From: Antechinus flavipes
Taxonomy: Eukaryota
Length of the DNA: 64,000 nucleotides
Assembly (NCBI RefSeq): GCF_016432865.1
Contig: NC_067402.1
Location: 122,512,001-122,576,000, forward strand
Reading direction: 5' to 3'
Part shown: positions 1 to 13,011 of the stretch, one piece after another
Layout: the number at the start of each line of letters is the position of its first letter
Position numbering within the stretch: the first letter of the stretch is position 1
Made by a program: the position numbers and the translations under genes
Notes under the pieces: generated by a model
What the model was told of the DNA's origin: nothing
The model's database searches: none
Seen by the model: only the letters and a program-made list of their open reading frames with translations

Positions 1-29
1 TTACCTCCCATTTATCCTTATCTTTACAG

Positions 30-150
30 TTATTTGCATATTGTCTTTCCCTTAAGAATGTGAGCTCTTTGAGAGAAATGCCTGGTTTTTTGCCTGTCTT
101 TTCTATCCTCAGTGCTTAAGCATAATGCTTGGCACTTAATTGTTATTATT
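30..150 (+). mobile_element. L2 LINE 3' end fragment
   Basis: cccttaagaatgtgagctctttgagag...tatcctcagtgcttaagcataatgcttggcacttaat resembles the L2 tail. Confidence 0.7.
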
Positions 151-759
151 TATTTTTAATTTTAATTGCTTAATTGTTTATTTTATTTAATGTTTAATTA
201 TTCTTGACTGTGGTTATTTGACAAGCTTCTCATATCTCATAAATGGGAATATATGCCCCATGATGAAAACTCCTGATGTAAAGATTACAAAGTGCCTTTT
301 TTAAAGAAAGATTTACCTAGTCCACAATACTTAGCCAGTCCCAGTTCACCAAACCAAGGTTCACATATCATCAATCCTACTACCCCGAAAATTTCCTTGC
401 TTAAACTGCCCGTTTTCTCTTTATCTGAACCATCACCCTCCAAAATCCATCTTCCTGTTCTGTGAGGAAATTAATTGCCTTGGCTTTGGAACTCCCCATT
501 CTGGGGCTCAACCACATGACAGGTAACTGCGTGGGTGAAAAAGTGCCTCTGTGCTCTATTTATCTGGCTGCAGACCACTGGCCCAGGTTGTGAATCCCAT
601 CTAGTTTCCAACTAGACCATTTTGCTAGGAATGCTACGATGCATGTACTCCCCCTATCTTTTCCAAAATTATTTTTGTCTTTTACTCTATGCATAATAAT
701 TCTATTAGTTCTTCTAGAAGGGGCATATCATTTGATTATCCCTATAGGTCAATTTACTA

Positions 760-875
760 TCTTTCCCCTATTGGAATACAGTCTTCTTAAGAACAAGGAC
801 TATCAGACTTTTGGTATTTACATCTGCAGGAGTTGACACAATGTCTGACACAAAGAAACTGCTTATTAAATAATA
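760..875 (+). mobile_element. L2 3' end fragment
   Basis: Degenerate L2 tail: cccctattggaatacagtcttcttaagaacaaggact...acacaatgtctgacacaaag...aataaat. Confidence 0.6.
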
Positions 876-999
876 AATACTTTTCATTTGTTTATTTACT
901 TTCTTCAAAACATCATTATCAGGTCAGCTGTGTACATAGTATTATTAATTATATATTATTATTAATATATAGATGTTATTATTAATATCATTATTATTA

Positions 1000-1125
1000 A
1001 TATAGATGAAAAAATTGAGGTTGACAAGGCAAGTTATTCACCCAAGGTATTACAAGCAATAAATGCCAAGGAGTCAGAACTCAGTCTCTTTTGATTGAGT
1101 CTAGTTTTACTTCTACTATACAACA
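1000..1125 (-). mobile_element. MIR-type CORE-SINE fragment
   Basis: tagatgaaaaaattgagg...cccaaggtattacaagc...gaactcagtct is the reverse MIR core. Confidence 0.65.
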
Positions 1126-1406
1126 TTTTTGTCACTGAATATTTTTTGTTGGTATTGATTCTGTTAATATTTTGGTGAGCATGTTCATTAGTATTCATAT
1201 AACTATAAAACTACTTTATAAAGAATGTATTCTTCTAGAAAATTTTTTCAAGTAGAATAAGCAAAAGGAAAAGATGTAATAGTTAGCTCCATGAATTAGA
1301 GAGGCAAGTCACAGAGTCATCCTAGGACTAGGATGAGACAAGGTGCAGAAATGAAAGTAGGCCAAACACAAAAGAATACTTAGAGCGACAGCTAAGCATC
1401 TAGACG

Positions 1407-1608
1407 CAGTGGTTCTCAAAGTATGGTCTAGAGAATCCTGGGGATCTCTGAAACCCTTTTAGAGGGTCTACAAATTCAAAAATAGTTTTTATTTCCAATA
1501 TGGTAAATGTCTATAAATATAATCCAGATAAACAAAAACTCTTTGGAGCGATCCTCAATAATTTTTAATAGGATAAAGGTACTGAAAACAAAAGTTTGAG
1601 AACCACTG
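1407..1608. mobile_element. Non-autonomous hAT-Charlie DNA transposon (MITE)
   Basis: Perfect 14-bp TIRs cagtggttctcaaa (1407-1420) and tttgagaaccactg (1595-1608); flanks atctagac / atctagag match the Charlie NTCTAGAN target preference. Confidence 0.9.
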
Positions 1609-1684
1609 ATCTAGAGTATCTCATTAGTGTAGAGATAAAACATAGTCATGTATCATATGAAGTTTTGTTTGTATGTTTTTGTAA

Positions 1685-1955
1685 GATTTTTAATTCCAAA
1701 TTTTTCCCCTCCCTCTGATCCCTTCTCCTTCCCCAAGACAACAAATAATCTGATATGTATTATACATATACAATATTTTAATATATTTCTATATTAATCA
1801 TGTTATGGAAGAAAAATTAGAACAAAAGGGGAAAATTAAAGAAATGAAAAAAAAACCAAAAATAATGAAAATATTATGCTTTGTTCTGCATTCAGTCTCC
1901 ATAGTTGTATCTCTGGATGTGGATAGCATTTTCCTTCAAAAATTTATTGTACCAG
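1685..1955 (-). mobile_element. Old marsupial L1 3'UTR fragment
   Basis: ccaaatttttcccctccctc...aataatctgatatg...ctttgttctgcattcagtctccatagtt...ctggatgtggatagcattttcc. Confidence 0.8.
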
Positions 1956-2262
1956 ATGAAATTAATCATGAATTAAGGAGATGGAACCTAAAGACTAAAC
2001 ATTAAAACAAAGGCCAAAAAAAGTAGCCAAGAATTCAGGTTAGAATGCTGAGCATTCTGGTAGAGCAGTAAAGTTTAGAAATTAGAAATCAAAAATGGGC
2101 TTAAACAGTAAAGACAATGATATTGAGGTTAGCTCCTACCCAAGCCAGAAAGTTTCATATTTATTTCATGTTAGAGGCAGGAATCAATTAGATGTGACCA
2201 ATCAGCAATATAAATAATGTAAACTATAAAAGTCTCTCAGCTTCATATATTAGGTTGATACC

Positions 2263-2286
2263 AAAAAAAAAAAAAAAAAAAAAAAA
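2263..2286. repeat. (A)24 homopolymer
   Basis: Direct read. Confidence 0.95.
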
Positions 2287-3059
2287 GTATGGTAAAATTA
2301 CAACGTACAACATATTGGAGAGTAAAAAGGATAAGAAAAAAAAGGAAAAAGAAGGAATAGTATGACTGATAAAATGAATTACTTCTACAAAGTTTTAACA
2401 TCTAGCCTACCTAGTAAGCTATTGAATCCATTCATTACTTCTATAAACGTTAATATACGATGTGTACTTTTTAATTCTTTCATATATTATTATAGCTGGA
2501 ATTTGCAAATTCAATACATTGGTTACAGCATATAATCTTTTGCCTCAAGATTACAGTTCCATATATAGATAATAGTTGAATTGCCTGAAAACCATTACAT
2601 ACATGTTAATTGCTATTTGATTGGAGAGTGAAATGAATTTGTTTCAGTAGACTGGATGAGTGTCCAGTTAGCAAAAGAAACATCACAATTTAACACTATT
2701 TGACACCAGTGATGATAGTCTGAGAAAGAGAGATGAAAGGTTTCACTAGTGCTAAATTTACTAATCATCCATGTGTTACTTATCACTTGAAGGATAATAT
2801 GCTGCTATTCAAATCAAAAAGAGAAAGCTTAGTATATGCAAATAATGAAAAGCACATATTTTATGTTACCATCAGAAAAATATGATGCATTTTTAGAGAT
2901 AATTTTCATTATGATATAAAATAGCCCTCGGCTTTGTATTAACTCCTTCTCTTTCCATACTAATGATGCAGAATTACTTGAAAAGGGAGGAAAGAGTGCC
3001 AAAATCATGTCTTAAACTTTAAAATAAAGTTTACCTTTTAGTGAAGTAAGAGGAAAAAA

Positions 3060-3235
3060 CAGCCTCAGAATTAAGAAGATTAGAGTTCAAGTTTAGATAT
3101 ACACCAGCCATATGACATTGGGCTGTCACTTAATTTAACCTTTTAGTACCCCCAGGGAATTCTCTAAAGCTATAACTTACATAGTTTGGTAGAGGAAATT
3201 TCCTTTGTGGGAATTTTCTATGCCAGTGAAATAAA
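3060..3235 (+). mobile_element. CORE-SINE with a distinctive tail (MdoRep1-like; name tentative)
   Basis: SINE head and core followed by ...aattctctaaagctataact...ggtagaggaaatttcc...ctatgccagtgaaat. Confidence 0.6.
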
Positions 3236-3499
3236 AAACCAAAACTAAACAAACAAGAAGACAAAAAAAATTCATTTAAATTCATGTAGGACAGTCCAGC
3301 AGTCAAGAAAGTTTATATATTCAAGAGTTTAAAACATCTATATTGACATTCTAATTATAAATGAAACAAAAAGAAGTTACAGATAGATCAGTGGACAGTT
3401 CACAAGTGTTTCTTAGAGAAATTATCAGAGTTGATAAAGAAGAGAGAAGCATAAAAATCAGATTTTGTGGCATTTATCTGATCTTGCAGAGCGTCTGAT

Positions 3500-4945
3500 G
3501 AACATAAAACATTCAAAAGACATCTGTGGAGTGCTTGCTAAATTCAAGCATGCACAAAACCCTGAGAAGATAAAGAAAATATAAACATTTGCTGCTCTTT
3601 AGAACTTAACATTCTAGTGGGGAAGATACCCTTTAAATAAATAATTAAATACAGTATAGCATTGTCATTTCAGAAGTAATTGCAGAAGGGGAAGTTGTCT
3701 GAGGGGACCGTGAAAGGCATCTTGCAAAAGGTGAAATTTGAACTGAAACTTGAAGGAAGCAAAAAAGACAAAGATGACCAGGGAGAATATTTCTGGCATG
3801 AGGCACAAGCAGTGAAAAAAGCAAACAATCAGATGAGATGTTTTGCTCAGCAAAGAGAAAGAACACTAGTGTTTCTGCAATAAGAATATAAGGAAGAGAA
3901 CAAGGTATTAAGAGAGCAGCTAAGTCACAGTCGACAGATGCTGGGACCTGGAGAGAGGAAGACCCAAATTAAAATCCAGTCTCGGATGCTAGCTTTGCAA
4001 TCTTGAACAAGTCAGTTAATTCTCCATGCTTCAGTTTCCTTATCTGTAAAATGAGCTGAAGAAGAAAATGGCAAACTACTCCATTATTTTTGCCAAGAAA
4101 ACCCCAAATGGAGTCATAAAGAATCACACATGACTGAAATTATTGGACAAGGAATGCAAAATTATAAGACTGAAAAGTTAGAAAGAACCCTGCGTATGGA
4201 TGGCTTGAAAAACCAAAGGATTTCATATTTGATCCTCGAGATGATAAGGGGCCGCTGAGAAGGGTCTTGACATAGGCATTTAGTAGATGGCTTTGTCAGT
4301 TGAATGGAGGAGAGAGTGGAGTAGAAAGAATCATTTAAGGCAAGGAGATCAAGCAGAAATGATAAGAATCTAATTTACATGATAGTTGTGTGAGTGGAGA
4401 GAAAAGGCAAGATTTGGCAACTGGTTGGATAAATGGGATGAGTAAAAATGAGGAATCAAGAATGACTCTAAAATTGTATACCTGGTGACTGAAAGGATGG
4501 GTGGTACTCCCCAAAATAATAGAGTAATAAGAAAGAGGGGAAGAGTTTGGGAGAAAAGATGAGATCTGTTCAAGATGCTGTCAAGATATCCAGTTCGAAA
4601 TGCCTACAGAGCAGTTGTTGATATGCGATATGATGAGGTTGAATATATGGATCTGGAAACCATCTACATAAAAACAATCACCAAGTGAGACAGAATGGGG
4701 TTGGGGGGAGATGAAGGCCAGGACAGTCTTATAAGACACCCACAGTTAATGAGATTGACACTGTTAAAGAGTCAGCAGGAGATGGGGGATAGAGATAGGA
4801 GATAGAAGGAGAACTAGGAGAGAGCATTAGCTCAAAAATCTGGAAAAAGGAACATTCAGAAGGTGTCAAATCTTCCAAAGTTCAAGAAAATGAGGAATGA
4901 AAAAAGACCATTGGATTTGGCAAATAAGAAATCAATGACAATTTT
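3500..4945 (-). mobile_element. L2 LINE fragment interrupted by a Mar1 SINE
   Basis: Purine-rich reverse L2 motifs (atatttgatcct, gatttggcaactggttggat, gaggaatcaagaatgactc, aagaccattggatttggcaaataagaaatca). Confidence 0.85.
3914..4150 (+). mobile_element. Mar1 SINE (CORE + RTE tail)
   Basis: gcagctaag head, core cagtttccttatctgtaaaatg, RTE tail gaagaaaatggcaaactactcc...gccaagaaaaccccaaatgg...catgactgaa. Confidence 0.85.
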
Positions 4946-4957
4946 TTAAAAGCAAAA

Positions 4958-4960
<3 letters not shown>

Positions 4961-4989
<29 letters not shown>
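4961..4989. repeat. (AT)n microsatellite
   Basis: Direct read. Confidence 0.95.
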
Positions 4990-4992
<3 letters not shown>

Positions 4993-5554
4993 GATAATTG
5001 TCACTTATGTGACATCTGTTACAAAAGATAGATCAAAAACTTCTTTGAAAATCTCTACTAGATTCTTTGAAGTCATTCTACACTGATATTCAGTAATATC
5101 TGCAGATACAGTAGAGGTGAATAGAAAAAAATGGGAACATTTAGTTCAGAATTAAGAAATGAAAGAGGCTAAATATTTATAGACTACTCATAAGGGTCAT
5201 GCTTGTGTACCATGAGCATATTATTCAGAGAAGAGAATGTCAGTGATATGAGGGATGTCTGAACATCCACCCCCCAAAAAAATTAATAAAAAAAATGAGA
5301 GAAAGAAAGGGAAAAAAAAAAGAAATCAATTCTATCTTAATAGGTAGGAAATTGCTGCTTACTGAGGTGGGTGGGACCCATTCCTCATTTAGCTATGTAT
5401 ACCTAGTCAAATCCGGAGTTAGAACAGGGGCCAGACAGTGTCAAATGAAAATAAATGCTAAAGATAAGAAAAAGTGTGTACATTTTCTTTAGTCCTATCC
5501 AGGTAAGTTTGTAATAATAATAGATGATATTTAAATGACTTTTTAAAGTCTATG

Positions 5555-5725
5555 AAAAGCTTTATTTTATCTACAGGATAAAAATCTCAGCATAATCCTG
5601 TGAGGTAGATACTATTATTATTCCCATTTTATAGATGAGGAAATAGTACAGAAAGATTTAAAGGATTATGTATCTAGTAAGTATCTGAAAGGGATATTTT
5701 TTAATCCAAGTCTTCACTAACTAGT
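5555..5725 (-). mobile_element. MIR SINE
   Basis: aatcctgtgaggtagatactattattattcccattttatagatgaggaaat. Confidence 0.8.
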
Positions 5726-6379
5726 CTTGTTCTAGTGTGTTATTCACTACCATTTGCATTAAGGAAAAGAATGGTTCCACTTTTTATCTTTAACCAAAGG
5801 AAAGCAGTTTTCTTTGTGAGGAAGTCAAAAGAGCCCAAATACCATTTTGGGCAACAAACATCTTTGCTCTTCTTCTTGAGCAGGCAGATTTGGCTGAAAG
5901 GCCAATATACATTCATTTGTAAAATGATTATAAAGAAATGTAATAAAAATGTAGGAGCAATATAACTTCATAAAATATTAAAGAGCAGAAATCAGTAGAA
6001 AACTTGGCATGAGGTTCAACTAGACCACAGCATGCCTTAACAGAGGAGTATTTGTTGGGAAGGTCTAATATATTTCCCATTAGGTTTGATGAGCAATTTC
6101 ATGACTTAAAATTTTGTTTTAGGCATTGTTTATGGGTACAAAGTGATTGTGTCATTTCTGACAAGTTTGGGGGGATTTTTTGAACAAGATGCAAATTGAA
6201 TTTAACTCCCCAGGTGCCAACATGTATTCATCGTTTCCTTACTTGAAAGTTTCTTAAGCCATTGAAAGGACAGGTTTAGCCTCCATTTCCTTCTCTTACC
6301 TCTATTGGGAAATTTCTAAGATCATTTAAATTCAGCCTGCATCTTGCTGAAAGACCAGTGAGGAATTTCACTGCAATTT

Positions 6380-6505
6380 AGGATATTTAATAATTTATGG
6401 TTGAGTGATTTGTCCAAGGTCCCATAGTCAGTATGTGTCAGAGACAGGACTTGAACTTAAATCTTCTTGGCTCCAAGGCCAGATCTCTATATATCAAATC
6501 ATAAC
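6380..6505 (-). mobile_element. CORE-SINE fragment (MdoRep1-like)
   Basis: ttgagtgatttgtccaaggtcccatagtcagtatgtgtcagagacaggacttgaac. Confidence 0.7.
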
Positions 6506-7269
6506 CATCCAAAGTCCTTCCATAATATGTCCTAATCTCTGTGAATCCAAAACTCAGTAGGAAACTGGTTGTAGTCTTCAAAACATTTACAAATGAAACA
6601 AGTAGGGCAATAAGAATGTAAGGTGGAAAACTCCAACAGAATTTTTAGAAATAACTGCTATGTAACTATTCTATTTGGGCTCCTGACAATAAGGTTATGG
6701 TATGTGGTATATGAAGAAATAATAGCTTCAGTAGAATAGTAGGAATATGGTATATGACAAAGTAGAAATGTCTTTGCAAATATGAAATTGGAAAGGAGAT
6801 CTGGGTCAGACCAGTATAGCTGAGGAAAGAAATTTGTGTTTGAAAAGAAAATTCCATTGCAAAAGCACCAAAGAATTGGTTTTCAGGATAACAGATGAAA
6901 GGGTGCTGAATGGACTGGGGAAAAAAAGATTGATTGTATCGTTACCAAAAGCAATCAAGAAGACCTTAATAACTACTTATCCATATGCCTACTTTCTCAG
7001 CTATATAAACATTTTATGAGAATTATCTATTAGCATATTGAGGGTACCCTTAAAGAATATGAGAAGGCATTTAGAAACAGAATTCTGTGGTAATACCATA
7101 TCTTTATGAATATGAAGTTGATATCTGGACAATGGATTCCATTAATTTATCAAAACAATCTTTATTTACAAGTAACAAAATGTTCTAAAGAAAAAAAAAA
7201 AGCAGAGTCCAATTCCCAGCTGCAGGTTTCAGGTATTTCACTGGTTGTTCCCCATGATGATAATATTCT

Positions 7270-7540
7270 CCCTCTTCATCTCTGCTTCCTATATTCCTTG
7301 ACCTCCTTCAAGTCCCTGCAAAAACTCTACCTTTCCCAACTCTTCTTATTTCTAGTGCTTTGCCTCTGTTAGTTATTCTTTTTTATCCTCTATAAATCTT
7401 TTTTGTATATAGTTGTTTTCATTTTGTCTCCCCCATTAGATTGTGAGTATTTCGAGAATAAGGATTTTCTTTTGCATTTCTTTTAATCCCCAATCTTACC
7501 ATAGTTCCTGATACATAGGAGGCACTTAATTAACCTTAGT
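7270..7540 (+). mobile_element. L2 3' end
   Basis: ttgtatatagttgttttcattttgtctcccccattagattgtgag...catagttcctgatacataggaggcacttaat. Confidence 0.8.
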
Positions 7541-7621
7541 TGGCCACTGTCTAACTCATCCTAAATATAAACAAAAATCTGAGAAAATGTGGAGGCAGTG
7601 TGTTTTTTTATGAGAATACCA

Positions 7622-8045
7622 CTGTTGAGTAGAACCATGAGAACATTGTATATAGCAACAAGATTATGCAACCATCAATTCTGATGGATGTGGTGATTCA
7701 GGCCAATTCCTATAGATGTGTGATGGAGAGAGCCATCTGCATCCAGAAAGAGAAGTATGGGAACTGACTGGATCACAACATAGCATTTTCACTTTTTATA
7801 GTTAATTGCTTGCTTTTGTTTTCTTTCTTATTTTTTCCTTTTTTGATCTGATTTTTCTTATGCAACATGATATCACTGGAAATATTTGTAGAAGAATTGC
7901 ACACATTTAACATATATTGGATTGCTTACTGTCCAGCGGAGGGGTAGGGAAAAAGGAGAGAGAAAATTTGTAACACAAGGTTTTGCAAGGGTTAATGTTG
8001 AAAATTATCTTTGCATATATTTTGATAATAAAAAGAGATTTTTTA
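7622..8045 (+). mobile_element. Marsupial L1 3' end (end of ORF2 + 3'UTR)
   Basis: agaaccatgagaacattgtatatagcaacaaga...gagagagccatctgcatccagaaagag...aatgttgaaaattatctttgcatatattttg...aataaaaag. Confidence 0.9.
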
Positions 8046-8569
8046 AAGTAAGTAAGAATCAAAATGAGTGATTATGGACATTTAAAGCCTTTAATCTACA
8101 AGAGTACAATTTGGAAGAAGCTTGACAGGTAAAAGTGTCAGTATTTGAGAACAGATTGGGTGCATTTGGTAATGTGGGATAGTGGGGAAGAAGGTGTGCT
8201 TAGTGAAATGGATTAGGGTTTGTTTGCTAATGCCCACCAAATAATGTATGTCATTTCAGGATGAGCATGATGGAAATAGGAAAGTTAAGATTTTGTCTAC
8301 TACAACTTACCAAAATAAAAAGGAGATAATAACACTATTGGTTTAGTTCTTCCAAAAGTATATAGATGTGTTAGTTGAGGAGCAAAAATCTCATATTTAA
8401 TGTACTTGCAGTTAATTTATTATTTATATACCATATAAGAGCCATATATTCTTTGTACCATCCGTTCACTTCTTTTTACTTCATTGCCATGATTTAAAAA
8501 AAAATTGAAAGAGACCACAGAGGTTCTTAAACAAAGAGGTTCATCATACAAAAGGCATACAAAAAAGCT

Positions 8570-8715
8570 TAGAAGTAGCACTGACTGGAATCTGAGGATC
8601 ACAGTTCAAATTCCACTGTTGTTACTATCTCTGTGACTTTGGACAAGCCATTTAACATATTCTTAGTGGTACTGGATGTCCTATAAAATCCCTTCTAGCT
8701 CTAGATCTACAATCT
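8570..8715 (+). mobile_element. MIR3-type SINE
   Basis: Head gcactgactggaatctgagga, core tgtgactttggacaagccatttaac, tail atcccttctagctctagatctacaatct. Confidence 0.75.
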
Positions 8716-9419
8716 CACAATCTGAAATTTTCATTGCTTTTTAGATTATTGAAGAATTCATCTAGTTGTCAACCCTACGAGAGATGAACCTCGCCAACTT
8801 AGCTTGTTGGTGTTCAGACAGCAGATGCAATCTGTCATTGGGACCATACATAAATTCTTTTTTAGCACGGTTGGACTTAGAATCCATTGCCATGCTCTCA
8901 GGCAACCAAGATCATCCCCATGTCATTGTGGAGCATTAGACTAGTGTTTTATGGAAAGCCGCCTGCTTTTTCATGTTTTCCCTTGGTTATATAACTTGCT
9001 CACTACTACTTTCCCAGGACAGGCACATCAGAGACTTTTCTGACCTCCTTTTTTCTCTCATCATTCTCCTTTTCCATGTTCCAATGGATATCTAGCACTT
9101 CAGCCTTTGAAATATCTCCTCCCATTCTTCCATCTTTCCTTCTACACTGATCCTCTTTCAAGTCCTTGTTTTAACTTCCTATCAACTTGTTGCCTTGCCT
9201 CCATTTTTTCCCATTTTGCTCCACAAGCATTGATCTTATCTTTGTCTGATTTTTTTCTGGAAAAACTTTTTTACATTTTTTCTTCTTCTTTGAATTTCCT
9301 CATCTATAAAATAATAGAATTCTTGTCATTGACTCTAGGTGATTTCCAGTTTTTAAATCTATGATCCTCAAATCCTCATTTTGGTATTCCAGATGTTTAA
9401 CTTTCTGGCATAAACAACT

Positions 9420-9910
9420 ATAACAATTTCAGTCTTATATCATAGTAACCTCCTTTATGCATTTCACATTTCAAACTAATTACATTTACTGTCATAATTC
9501 TTTATTTTTCTGTTGTTCTTTCAAGATGTTTCCCCCTTTCCTCTCATCATCTCCTATATTTGAATGGATTCTCCCCTACATTTCTATTTGTTAAACTCTA
9601 GTTGCTAACCAACTCTAGCAATCACTCACCCCCCATTGAAAATGATCTCTCTTTTCTTAAATTTCTTATTGCTTAATCAGATCTCTCCTTTGAACTTATA
9701 TTATGATTTATATTCTTTGTGCACATATGTTATTCCACTTTTAGATTGTCCAAGCCCTCATGTAGATTATAATATATTTCATCTTTATGCTTTTATGATC
9801 CAACCTTTAAATTACTTAAGCCCTAAAAACTATGTTTTTCATCTTTATGATTCCAATACAGCTGGCACCATACTTAGGCAAAGGTGCCTAGCAAATATAT
9901 GTTCACTTGT
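9420..9910 (+). mobile_element. L2 fragment
   Basis: Pyrimidine-rich L2 body ending in a degenerate tail (ctggcaccatacttaggc...aaatatatgttcacttg). Confidence 0.6.
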
Positions 9911-10419
9911 ATTATTATTATATATTATTAAATAGGTTAAATTATTTTTCACTGTTTTCCAACACAAATCTTCTGCAAAAGCTAGAACAATCTCTCCAGT
10001 TACTAACATATTTTGCTTACTATGCACATTACCTAAATTGCCTGCTTTTTGATAATCATATGACAGTCACTTGGTTGGATTAGTAATGTTTGACTGTTAT
10101 CACATATCCCTAACCCTTCAGTCCCCCCAAAAATATCTAGGCGTGTATATCTCTATACACACATATACATGTGTATGCACACAGAAAGACATATATGTAC
10201 ATATATGCATGTATATGCAGGAATAGTGAAAAAAACTGCACTGAGCAAGATGTTTTGCAGCTGACAGCTACTTTACCTTTGAGTTCTCATTTGTTTGTGA
10301 AATAAAGATAATTATGTATCCATTACCTATATTTCTGGAAGGACATTAAACACATGGCTTCAAAACTGCCAAATAGTATATAAATGTAAGTTACTGATAA
10401 CTCTCTTTCCCCTTTCCCC

Positions 10420-10550
10420 ATATCTGTGCTTTTTCACTGGCACCTGTAGATCAGCATCTTGTCTAAAATTCACAGTCTTACAAAGTTGCCTGTGAATTCA
10501 GAGAGGTTTCGTGACTTGATCAGATTCACAAAGCTAATGTATTCTTGCCA
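10420..10550 (-). mobile_element. CORE-SINE fragment (MdoRep1-like)
   Basis: gtagatcagcatcttgtctaaaattcacagtcttacaaagttgcc...gagaggtttcgtgacttg is the reverse of the tail seen at 3060 and 25337. Confidence 0.6.
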
Positions 10551-10639
10551 TCAGTCATCTTTACCCTATATACCTAATTCCCCAATATAGGGAATAAAAT
10601 AGTAATATAGTTAACTTCTATATGTCTATCTGTCCAAAG

Positions 10640-11110
10640 TTCTAACAAACTGGTTTAAATTGTATATTTCTATATCGTAAAATATATTTATATGTTACTT
10701 GTTAACTTATATGTTATATTAATAAATATAATAAATTATATTATATTAAATATAATGTGTATATTACAATATCATATGGAAAATAATATCATGATATACA
10801 ATGACATGTTTAATACACAGCATATCAGCATATATTAATTTCTTCTATATCTTCTACCATTAATATATATTCTATATGTATAATATCTTGAATGTTTAAT
10901 TCATACCTAATGAAATAGATTATTAGTTGTTTTAATTAAAATTATTCCTACAATATGCATCTCTTCAAAATCAAGTTGGTGTATTAAGTAATATTAACAA
11001 AAACCAATAAAGTAATTATTAATTATTAAATAAAATTTAAAAAAAAAACAAACACCAGAAAATTATACATGGTGACCAATGACACATAAATAATTATTCA
11101 TTATTGATAG
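10640..11110. repeat. Extremely AT-rich low-complexity tract
   Basis: Near-continuous A/T (tattaataaatataataaattatattatattaaatataat...). Confidence 0.8.
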
Positions 11111-12204
11111 GATAATAAATGTGAATATTGTAGAAAAAAGATTTTATTTATCTTTGTATCATATCACTTGTTGGTGAATTATATTCATGTTATTTTAAAA
11201 CTTCCCATAGTAATTGTTAGGGAGGAGTCATGGGAAATCTTAAGATACTAATAATATATTTGTGTTATTTGAATTGCTGAAAGAAGCAAGAGAACCTTAA
11301 TTGACAAGAAAAGCATTACTAATTAAAATGTCATTCTGCATTAATTCTAAGGTAATTAGCTCTAATATTGTAAAAGCTGAAATATAAATTTAGATCTAAA
11401 TTCAGCAACTTAGCCAAAATAGATTTTCTTAAAATGTTCTATGCCTAATGATTTGTGGTTAATATTCATGTCTTTTAAAGCTCTTTACCCTTATTTGGGT
11501 ACTTTTCCTTATTATTCAATTTAATTTTTCTTTGGGGCTATTAAACTTGAAGTATTAATAGAGACTTATTTAAATTTTGTGATTTTAAAAAATAATCATC
11601 TGTATTTGGTTAAGTTTCTAAATTAAATTTATACCAAGTGTTGATATTTTATCGACCCTACTGCTCTAGAGTTCATGCTCTGAAAAAACTTGCTTTCTCT
11701 TACTTCAAAATATAGCTAAAGAAAAACATGACAGCCATGTTCAGTTTTCATTGAACATTTCTCATATGTTTGTTATATTTATCATTACAATGAAATTATT
11801 TTTATTTCAAAATTCATCCACAATATTGTTTCAATGATAAGCAAAAGAGTATTTAATGAAATGTAATGAGCATTTATTAACTGCCTACTCTGCACTAGTC
11901 ACTGTGATAAAAACTTTACAAGTATTATTCTCTCATTTGATTTGACTTAGGAACTAGAACAATTATCTATGACAAAGGAAATGCAGGAATTTAATATTAT
12001 ATATGATGTTTTGTCTAATCATAAATGGCCTCAACTGATGGTTCTCCAAAGTTCAAAGCCTGTTACAAAAAACAAGCGAATAAATAAACCTAAAATAAAC
12101 AAGTGAAGTTACATCCAAAAAAGTACATAAGTAGGAATATCTGTATATTCAATTATATTCAATCCTAAGTTATTTTAGGAGAAGTATATGATGGTAATAA
12201 AAAG

Positions 12205-12400
12205 CATTTTTAGAGGTTTCTAAGCACTTTATATGCAGTATAGTACTTGATCCTCCCAATGTTTATATAAGGTAGGCAGAGTTTGGATATCTTTATCTCC
12301 CTATAATACTGGCAAAGAAAATAAATGTACAGAGGGATTTTGCCTTGCCCGAGTCCACATGGTTGAAGCTGGGACTATAAGTTAAGTCTTCTGCTCTCTT
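12205..12400 (-). mobile_element. MIR SINE
   Basis: ttctaagcactttatatg...acttgatcctcccaat...aaggtaggc...tgccttgcccgagtccacatgg. Confidence 0.65.
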
Positions 12401-12637
12401 GCCATCTGCCTCCATTTTGTAGTCAACAATAGGTGGAATTAGAACTGTCACCACTGCACAGTATCCCTCTCTCTATTATCCATTGTTCTAATGCAATGAT
12501 CTTTAACTTTTCTTACCAGTCATTAACTTCACATGATCAGCTAGTAGTAAATGACTTCAGCATCAGTAGCCAATTATGTCCTGTCCATTGAAATGTGTTT
12601 ATGTATATGTATGTGTGTGTATATGTATGATTTGGGT

Positions 12638-12890
12638 GGGCAGCTAGGTGACACCATGATGGAGCACTGAAACTGATGTCAGGAAGATTCATCTTCCTTG
12701 AATTCAAATTCAGACTCTTAATAGTTTTGTGTGACCCCGGACAAGTCACTTAACCCTCTTTGCTGCAGTATCTTCACCTGGAAAAATAGCTGGAAAGGGG
12801 AATAGCAAACCTTTCCACAGTCTTTGCTAAGAAAACTCCAAGGGGAGTCACAAGGAGTTGGACATGACAAATGACTGAATAACAGCAAGA
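12638..12890 (+). mobile_element. Mar1 SINE
   Basis: gggcagctaggtgac head, gtgaccccggacaagtcacttaacc core, tctttgctaagaaaactccaaggggagtcacaaggagttggacatgac tail. Confidence 0.9.
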
Positions 12891-13011
12891 ATGAATGGGG
12901 TGTTTGCCATATCCTGCTCCTTCTGATTCTTTTCTTAAAGAAAGTGATAATGATATATGCAGGATATGGTGTTTCTGATGGTGTAAATGTCATTTCTCAT
13001 CCCTTAATCAA

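Noticed and set aside
470-560. Possible small sense exon ending CAG|GTAACT
   Set aside because: Weak acceptor and no match to the CADPS2 protein.
12638-12700. tRNA-like A/B boxes in SINE heads (also at 28200-28236 and 50520-50580)
   Set aside because: They are the tRNA-derived heads of Mar1/WSINE1, not tRNA genes.
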